Below are positions 53,513 to 62,000 of a DNA stretch of 62,000 bases, piece by piece. The translations under genes and the position numbers were made by a program. The notes beneath the pieces were generated by a model. It worked only from the letters and a program-made list of their open reading frames with translations. It had not been told where the DNA came from and ran no database searches. The DNA comes from Octopus vulgaris (taxonomy: Eukaryota), in assembly GCA_951406725.2 (NCBI GenBank), contig OX597834.1, positions 39,948,001-40,010,000 of the forward strand, in the 5' to 3' direction. The stretch's first letter is position 1. Each line of letters begins with the position of its first letter.

Positions 53513-54494
53513 ATGTGTGTATATGTATCTATGTGTGTATGAGTATATATATATATATATATATGTATATGTACGTATATGTGTGTGTATGTGTATATGT
53601 TTTTGTGTGTATCTGTATATATAGATATATATATGTGTGTGTGTGTATGTATATATATATATGTGTTTATGTACATATGTGTGTGTGTATGTGCATATGT
53701 AGCTATGTGTGTGTATATATATATATATGTGTGTGTACATGTATGTGCATGTACATATAAAAATATACATATATAAGCATGTGTTTGTGTGTGTCATATA
53801 AGACGGATGTTAAATGTTGAATGATGGTATATATATATAAAACCATTTAATTGTTTCTCTTACTGCTTCTCTCGCTTCCTCTCCTTCCTCGCCTTCCACA
53901 AAGAGAGATTCATGTCTGCCTGCATTTTAATGCAAGACACTTCAAATATGGCCACAGCAAATACACAATGGCTCACTTGTGAACGCACAATTATGTCTTG
54001 CCTCATCTCATCTCATGTCTCTCTGTGACACTAGGCTGGGATATGGACAGATGGGGGAGGGTGAGCTAAAACAACAACCTTGGGCCCCTTTTTTTGAAGT
54101 CCAAATGTCCAACGCTCATAGGCATGCTTAGAAAATAACAAAAAACAAGGGAGGTGGATCTCTGAAAGGGGTCTCAGGGAATAGTGACCCTGCCTTCCTG
54201 AGCTAGTTTTCCACTACATTTCTTAAAAATTGTGGTAGAGGCCAAGGACTAGGGACCACTCATGTCTAGAAACTAAGGTTGGGGGTAAGCAAGGAGATGC
54301 TCCCTGTAGAAAATCCAGCTCCAAAACAGCCCCATGATAGCAAAGGAGAATGGGCACCAGCCAGCTCAAAGGTCGGGGTGGGCTGCACCTGCCTACCTCA
54401 GTTGCGATGGCATTGAAGCAGATCCGGCCACCCCCCATTAACGGGGACAAAACCTAGATTTAAAACACTGAATCATGATGATGATGGTGATGAA

Positions 54495-54600
54495 GCACAG
54501 CTCCCATGACTTTCGGAAACATTTTCTCCACGCTCAGAATTGTTGAAGCATGGAATAAACCAGCCGCATCCGTTTCTAGGTGTTGGGACACAAGATGCTC
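54495..54600 (+). mobile_element. Second fragment of the same CR1-group 3' end
   Basis: cccatgactttcggaaacattttc...gaagcatggaataaac is homologous to 10253-10310. Confidence 0.6.
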
Positions 54601-54639
54601 ATTCCCATGTTTTTCTTTTTATATATATATTTCTTCTTT

Positions 54640-54960
54640 TACGCTTCTATTTGTTTCAGTTATTTGACTCTGGCCATTCTGGGGCACCCCCTTGAAGAAT
54701 TTTAGTCAGACAGATTGACTCCAGTATCTATTTTTAAAACGTGGTACTTATTCTATTGCTCACTTCTGCTGGACTGCTAAGTTGCAGGGACATAAACACA
54801 CCAACACCAGATGTCAAGCAGTGGTGGAGGACAAACACAGACACAAACACACACACATATTTGGTGTGCTTCTTTCAGTTTCCGTCTACCAAATCCATTC
54901 ACAAGGATTTGGTCAGCCTGAGGATATAGTAGAAGATACTTGCCCAAGGTGCCATGCAGT
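54640..54960 (-). mobile_element. SINE family A
   Basis: Colinear with the other copies. Further partial copies lie at about 6606, 9140, 15112, 16040, 16340, 16645, 22925, 27212, 30720, 36400, 46260, 46905, 55215, 55480, 56260, 59790 and 60985. Confidence 0.8.
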
Positions 54961-55646
54961 CAGAGTATCGAGCTGACAATCATGAGGTTGTGAGCTCAAT
55001 TCCCAGAGCAGGCTGTGTGTTGTGTTCTTGAGCAAGACACTTTATTTCACGTTGCTCCAGTTCACTCAGCCGTAGAAATGAGTTGCAGCATCACTGGGGC
55101 CAAGCTGTATCGGCCCCTTTGCCTTTCCCTTGGATAACACTGCTGGCGTGGAGAGGGGAGGCTGGTATGCATAGGATCTCAATTCTGTTATGTGTGTGTA
55201 TGGGGGGGAGGTGGAGTATGTTTTTGTGCTCATGCATGTCCCCCCCAACTCATAACTTGACAACCAGTGTTGGTTTATTTATGTCCCAATCAGCCAAGGA
55301 GGCTGACATGATGAGAACAAGACTGAAAATTAAGTATTGGGATCAATTTGTTCAACTAGATCCTGCAAGGTGGTGCCCCAGCATGGCCACAGACCAATGA
55401 GTGCCACAAGGAAATGGATGGTGAACAAGAAGTTGCACAAGAGAGAGAGAGAGAGAGAGAGAAAAGAGAAGCAATTGCTTCTCCATAACTTAGCAGCTCA
55501 GCAAAAGAGACTGACAGAATAATGAAAAGGTTTAAAATTTTACTACTGAGGTTGATTATTTTAACTAAAATTCTTCAAGGCAGTGCCCCAGCATGGCCAA
55601 AGACCAATGACTGAAACAAACAAAAAAGAAAGAAAAAGAAGCAGAA

Positions 55647-55723
<77 letters not shown>

Positions 55724-55804
55724 GTAAAGGAGAAAAAGAAAGAAGAAAGAATAAGAGAGAGAGAGTCTGTGTCATTTGAATGAAAACAATGACTCCCAAT
55801 GAGC

Positions 55805-55840
<36 letters not shown>

Positions 55841-55846
55841 GTGTGT

Positions 55847-55883
<37 letters not shown>

Positions 55884-56438
55884 CGTGTGTATCCATTCAC
55901 AGTGAAACCTGTTGTAAAATGTAACATTATTTAGTATTTATGATTCCATTGAAAGAATTCAGTGAATTACTGACAAAATGGTATTTCAGAACAATTGTTT
56001 TCCATGGCAACAGAAAATATATCTGATCGATTGTGTCAGTCGATAGATTTCGTTTTATGATTAGGCGATGGGGGGGGGGTGACAGGGGGGGGGGGACAAG
56101 TTGTTTTTGTTTTATTTTGGTTTTCTTTAGTTTTTCATTTTTTTTTTGTTTGTTTGAAGAATAAAAACACACAGTTGCGATGACAATGACGATGACGACA
56201 TCCTGGCTGATGGCTTTGGAAAGAGTTAAAGAGCAAAGAGAGAGAGAGAGAGAGACGATTGTGGCCTGATGGTTAAGAAACTTGCCTCCCAGCCATGTGA
56301 GTTTGGGTTCAGTCCCAATGCTTGGCACCTTGGGGCTAGTATCTTCTATTTTAGCCCCAGGCCAACCAGAATTATTTTTGAGTGGACTTAGGAGACAGAA
56401 TCTGAAAGACGGCTTTTATGTGTTTGTGTATGTTTGTA

Positions 56439-56471
<33 letters not shown>

Positions 56472-56605
56472 ACGTGTGTATTTGTGTATGTGTGTGTGCC
56501 TCTGTGTGTGTGTGTGTGTGCCTGTTTGTATTTCTGTGTGTGTGTGTGCCTGTTTGTATTTCTGTGTGTGTGCGTGTGTGTGTGTGCCTGTGTGTGTATG
56601 TATGC

Positions 56606-56638
<33 letters not shown>

Positions 56639-56668
56639 TTGTCTTGACACAGTGTGATTACTGTAAAC

Positions 56669-56982
56669 CAGTGATTCCCAAATTTTTTCAGGCTGCTGCC
56701 CCCTTCACACCCAGACCACATTCCTAGTGCCCACACCCTAGCAAACCATCACAAATACAGACCTCTTTCTGAAGTAAATTCAAATTAATTCTATTTCAGA
56801 AATAAAACTTAACCTAATGAACCCATTATTTTGTCTTTACATGAATCACTACTTCATTATCGCTCCACATTTTTACATGAAAAGCGATCCCATTATTGCG
56901 CCACTTTTCTTCAACACTCCCCTCTCCCTGGTCCTTTACACCACCCCCAGGGGGACAATACTGCCCACGTTGGGAACCACTG
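56669..56982. mobile_element. hAT-type MITE with 13-bp TIRs and an 8-bp TSD
   Basis: cagtgattcccaa ... ttgggaaccactg; flanks ctgtaaac (56661-56668) and ctgtaaat (56983-56990). Confidence 0.85.
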
Positions 56983-57029
56983 CTGTAAATGAACGTCATT
57001 CGTTTTTAATATTCTTCTGAAAAGAGTCA

Positions 57030-57480
57030 GACCATGGGGAAATATTACCTCGTTTGGGAAGAGGTGAGGGTTAATGACAGGAAGTGAGGGTTAATGACAG
57101 CTGTAGAAGAAATACTTGTCTCAATAAACTTCGTCCAACTCATTCAAGCATGGGAAAGTGGACATCAAAATGATGATGATGATGATGATTAAAGCACCCA
57201 CTACACTCACGGAGTGGTTGGCGTTAGGAAGGGCATCCAGCTGTAGAAGCACTGCCAGATCAGACTGGAGCCTGGTGCAGCCTCCACTGGCACCTGTGCC
57301 GGTGGCATGTAAAAAGCACCCACTACACTCATGGAGTGGTTGGCATTAGGAAGGGCATCCAGATGTAGAAACACTGCCAGATCAGACTGGAGCCTGGTGC
57401 AGCCTCCTGACTTCCCAGACCCCGGTCAAACCGTCCAACCCATGCTAGCATGGAAAACGGACGTTAAACGATGATGATGA
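57030..57480 (+). mobile_element. Family D' (ggggaaatattacc variant) followed by family D with a 122-bp tandem duplication
   Basis: aaagcacccactacactc at 57191 and 57313. D' copies also at 16855, 26570 (minus), 28790 and 61320. Confidence 0.8.
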
Positions 57481-59224
57481 TCATGATATAAGTGTGTGTG
57501 TGTGTTTGTGCATGTGTGCATGTATGTTTGTGCATGTGGGTGTATGTGAATATATGCATGCATGAGTGTGTATATGTGTGTATATATGCATGTATGTGTA
57601 TGCAGGTGTGTATGTGTGTCTGTATATGCGTGCATAAATATGTATGCGTTTGTGTCTGTGTATATTCATGCATGCACATATGCATTTATGTGTGTGCATA
57701 TGTGTATATATGTATGTGCACATATATGTGTACATGTATGTATGCATATATGTTTATGCTTGTGTGTGTATATTGATCATTTAGAAGTAAAAAAAAACAA
57801 CAACAAAAAACAAAAACAAAGAAACAAAAAAAAAACAGAAACAGAAGCTATTTGAATAGACTTTCTTCCATTATAACAACAGAATTCTTTCTTCTAGAAT
57901 ATCTTCCAGCTATATAACCACGTAACGCAGGATATATTTCTTATAATGAAGCCCGGCTAAAAGGAACCGAGAGAAATAAATTGGCGCTGGCAGAATCCCA
58001 AAGAGCCATTTACAATACGAAAGAGAAGAGGAGGAGGAAGAGGAGGAGGAGGAGGAACCAAAGCGGCGCAAAAAAAGAAACACAAAAAAACATACCAAAA
58101 CAAAATACTACAACTACTACTACAACTACTACTACCGATAATAATAATAATGATAATGATAATAATAATAGAAAGATGGTGGGGTGGTTGGGTGGGTGGA
58201 AACGAAGGCAGGAACATTACAAGCGGACCGTTTTCAGTCTTCAAGCTTTCTATTTGTAATAATAATTAGCTTGAAGATGTTTCCAAAGGTTACGCTGTTA
58301 CATCTGAAGCAGACTTTCCAAAGACAATTAGTATTTGAAGGGGGGGCATGGCTTCAAAATCACTCACTTCCTGAATGGAATATTCCGACCGTAATTGGAA
58401 ACAATTTTGTGCAATTTCCCACATTTTCACAGCTCGATGAAATAATATTGTTGTTGCTGTTGTTGTTGTTTTAGTGGGTTATTTTGTTGGGTTTTTTTTT
58501 TGTTTAATATGTATATATTTTGTTTTATTTTTAATTTTTTTCTTCTCTTTCTCTCTTTTTAATCTGTGTGAAAACTGAGTAGCAGCACCAAAAACAATCG
58601 CCTGCCCCCCCACCACCCCCACCAACGACAACAACATCCCCCCACCACCACCACCATCAACACCAACCAGTATCACAACCACCAATATCATACCACCGAT
58701 ATCACGCCACCACCACCACCATCACCCCAACAAGACTACCATACCCACCGCCACGACCACCAACAACAACATTACCCCCACCACCACCACCACCACCATC
58801 AACACCAACCAATATCATACCACCGATATCACTCCACCACCACCATCACCCCAACAACACTACCATACCCACCACCACCACCAATAGCACCAACATCAAC
58901 ACCACCACCAACAACAACAACAACAACAGATGTTGCTGACATTGTTTACAATGAAGACCAGAACAACAACTACAACAACAATACCATATAACAAAAAAAA
59001 AAAACAGGCAAAAAAAACAGACAAAAACCTACTGTGTGATGGAATGGCTTGTAATATGAATAAATAAATAAATAAAGTTACAAAAATACGGCTTTTTCCA
59101 TTTTTTCCATTTTTTATCTCATATTTTTCTCTCTATTTTTCGATCCATTTTATAATTATTATTTTTATATTTCATTATTTCCTTTGATAATTGCCAAAAT
59201 AAAAATAAACGAAAAAAAAAACCT

Positions 59225-59720
59225 CCATTGGCCCATCTCTTGATTCAACAATAAAATTCTTTTATGATCCGACAATAGGCTTTCTAAATAGCCGTCTAAC
59301 TTGCTCAATATAACAGCTAAATCTCCCTCCATGAATTCTCTAGATAGCATGAACATATTTTGGTACTGGAGGTCTTGATTTAATCAGTTTTCGCTCACCC
59401 AAACATAAATGGAAAAAGCTGTGCCAGACCAAAGTTTACGTTCATCAAATTTGTTGCCCCGTTAAATAAAAAACTAACAGGAAATTGTATTTTTCTGAAA
59501 CCATATACAGAAGGACTTTGCAAATCCAGTACCCAAGATACACTTTTAGATTCATATCTATTATTATTGGAGCAACAGGGTACATACCAACCCGTTTTGA
59601 GTAAAGTATAGCAGAACTTTGAGATCTTGAGGACAGAATGCAAATCCTTAATTCAGACACTAAAAATGATGGTGGTATCTGGGACTGCAAACATCTGTAA
59701 GACCTTAACATTTAAAGAAT
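59225..59720 (+). mobile_element. Degenerate RLE-domain non-LTR retrotransposon C-terminal fragment
   Basis: QIQYPRYTFRFISIIIGATGYIP (from 59521) and, after a frameshift, LKMMVVSGTANICKTL (from 59660) resemble the PIIIGALGY...SGTVKICKTF end of RLE elements; several stops. Confidence 0.6.
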
Positions 59721-60074
59721 GCTGGCTAAAACTTTGGTACCAAGGAGGTGACCAGTGAAAGTTTACTCTACATTAAAAGAGGAAAGTGAACATAGGTGCA
59801 GGAGTGGCTGTGTGGTAGGTAGTTTGCTTACAAACCACAAGGTTCCAGGTTCAGTCCCACTGCATGGCACCTTGGGCAAATATCGTCTGTTATGGTCTCA
59901 GGTTCCCCAATGCTACCAGAGTGACATTTAGTAAATTCTGTACCAAAGTGTGTTGTGTGTATATGTGTTTCATCATACATGTATACCTATATATGTGATG
60001 TGTGTGTATGTATACATATGAATGTGTATATACGTGTGTATGTATGCAATGCATGTGTGTGTGTATGTATGTTG

Positions 60075-60135
<61 letters not shown>

Positions 60136-60139
60136 TGTA

Positions 60140-60191
<52 letters not shown>

Positions 60192-60327
60192 ATACACAAA
60201 CATAGATGTAAGTATGTATATATCATCATCATTTAATGTCCGCCTTCTATGCTGACATAGGAGGGACATATGAATATACATATAGACACATATGTGCATG
60301 TGTGTATAATATATATACACACGCATA

Positions 60328-60361
<34 letters not shown>

Positions 60362-60503
60362 CCTTTGAACTTTACTAGTACAAGCCAAAAAAGCACACCT
60401 GCTGTAAAGTCAACACTGTGGAAAAATCACCCTGTCATTCTTTTCCTGGAAATTGTGTTTAGTTTTGATAATGTTGGTCTTCTAAAATAATTCCCTACTC
60501 AGG

Positions 60504-60534
<31 letters not shown>

Positions 60535-61170
60535 GTTGATAACCTGACTTTGTACTGAAATCTGTTTATGCTCAACACTATTGGTTAGTTTAAAATGGCA
60601 AGCTGGCAGAATCGTTAGCATGCCAGGCAAAATGCTTAGCGGAGTTTCATTCTTCTTTAAATTCTGAGTTCAAATTCCACCAAGGTCAATTGTGCTTATC
60701 CTCTTTTATAAACTAAATGCACCCTTTTAAAGCCTAGCCAGGCTCATGGGCCTGGCTTCCTGGTTTCAATGGCGTATGTGTTCCCCAGCTCGATGGGACG
60801 CCAGTCTGGCCCCTGTGCCGGTGGCATGTAAAAAGCACCCACTACACTCTCGGAGTGGTTGGCGTTAGGAAGGGCATCCAGCCGTAGAAACTCTGCCAGA
60901 TCAGACTGGAGTCTGGTTCGCCAGCCCTCAGTCAAATCGTCCAGCCCATGCCAGCAAGGAAAGCGGACGTTAAATGATGATGATATCACATGTAGTTGAG
61001 TGGTAATAAATTGGTTTCTTAAAAGTATGGTTCTAGGTTCAATCCTACTGCATGGTACTTTGGGCATCTGTCTTTTACTGTGTAGCCTTGTGGGTTTTGG
61101 AGACGGAAACTAGAAGCAGCTAGTCACATGTGTGTGAACATGTGTGCGTGTGTGTGTGTGTGTGTGTGTT

Positions 61171-61211
<41 letters not shown>

Positions 61212-62000
61212 TTGTGTGTGTGTGTGTGTATGTTTGTGGCTCCTTGACATTGTTTGATAACTGTAAATGGTCTGTCACTGTCACACAAACGGTGTGATTC
61301 ATTACCAAAATTCTGCACAAAACATGTCTGGGAAAATATTTCCTTGCTTGGAGCACGGAAAAATGGATGTGATGACGATGACGACAATGATGATGATGAT
61401 GAATCTATGGGGAAAGTAGAAATACAAATAACAAAAGAGAAAAAAAATAGAACAAAAAGTACAAGAGAAGTTCACAGTCAATAAGTACTGGGTTGGAGGT
61501 GAAGGAAGGAGAAAAAGTTCTAGAGGGAAAGTAAGAGAGAGAGAGGGAGAGAGACAGACAGACAGATAGACAAACAGACAGAAAGATAGATAGGGTTAAA
61601 GAGAGAGGGATAATGTTAGAGGGAGAAAGAGAGAGAGGGGGGCAGAGAGAGAGAGAAAGAGAGAGAGGGGAGAAAGAAAGAGAGAGAGGGGAGAAAGAGA
61701 GAGAGGGGAGAGAGAGAGAGAGACAGTCCTTTGTCAGATAATAGAGGGAAAAGTCCGGGAGTGATTGGGAAGAGAAGGAAGAGAAAAAAGGAGATAAAAA
61801 AAGAAGAAAACCAGAAAAAAAATACACACATGGGTTAGGCTCATATGTTTCACTTCTCATTCACTCATTCTGTATGTGTGTGTATACATACATATGTGTG
61901 TGTATATATATATGTGTGTGTGTGTGTATGTGTGTATGTGTACGTGTGTGCATGTATATATATGTATGTATGTTTGTATGTATGTATGTATCTGTGTGTG

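Larger units (their letters stand above)
49175..62000 (-). other. Upstream intron of the RasGAP gene; the previous phase-1 exon was not found and probably lies beyond 62000
   Basis: The exon at 49174 has a canonical acceptor; no convincing phase-1 donor exon was seen in the unique sequence between 49175 and 62000. Confidence 0.6.

Noticed and set aside
53864-53925. MQADMNLSLWKARKERKREK followed by GTAAGA
   Set aside because: The phase-2 donor fits neither acceptor in the window.
54223-54450. GC-rich 75-aa minus-strand ORF
   Set aside because: It sits in what appears to be an unclassified interspersed repeat ending in a (GAT)n tail; no splice signals or homology.
58368-58424. MWEIAQNCFQLRSEYSIQE followed by GAA|GTGAGT (phase 0)
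   Set aside because: It lies upstream of the phase-1 exon and would have to skip it; no homology. Kept only as a weak possibility.
59165-59356. ORF MFMLSREFMEGDLAVILSKLDGYLE...QWR, superficially like a PH-domain first strand of the RasGAP
   Set aside because: Its only donor is weak and phase 2, incompatible with the phase-1 acceptor at 49174; no bridging exon was found; the plus strand is better explained as a decayed RLE retrotransposon.

Overview
AT-rich, microsatellite- and SINE-saturated animal DNA. The repeat families look like those of Octopus (recognised from memory, not from a database search). The ORF track is almost entirely low-complexity noise. The one gene I can support is on the minus strand: a SynGAP/DAB2IP/RASAL2-family RasGAP (Drosophila raskol-like). 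Two consecutive 104-nt coding exons (49174-49071 and 839-736) splice in frame to (D)SSNEKFSNDRRGSMPLVPSVDGGNMEMGTTSKLA|HFFTKKGLRTNLKRTKSVTKLDRKRSASNVCERE across a 48.2-kb intron; the gene runs off both ends of the window. The introns hold several tRNA-type SINE families, piggyBac/mariner/hAT/Helitron-type non-autonomous elements, and RTE, CR1 and RLE-type LINE fragments. The most notable structures are: a sense-strand minimal hammerhead-ribozyme motif (22.8 kb); a spacerless 218-bp palindrome next to a ~250-bp inverted duplication (33-35 kb); a 162-bp higher-order minisatellite packed with CAGCTG (24.7-26 kb); a GC-rich candidate alternative first exon with a nearby CTCF-like motif (29.1-29.5 kb); and a Dong/R4-like LINE end sitting inside a (TAA)n array. 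Interspersed-repeat boundaries are approximate (about +/-20 bp).
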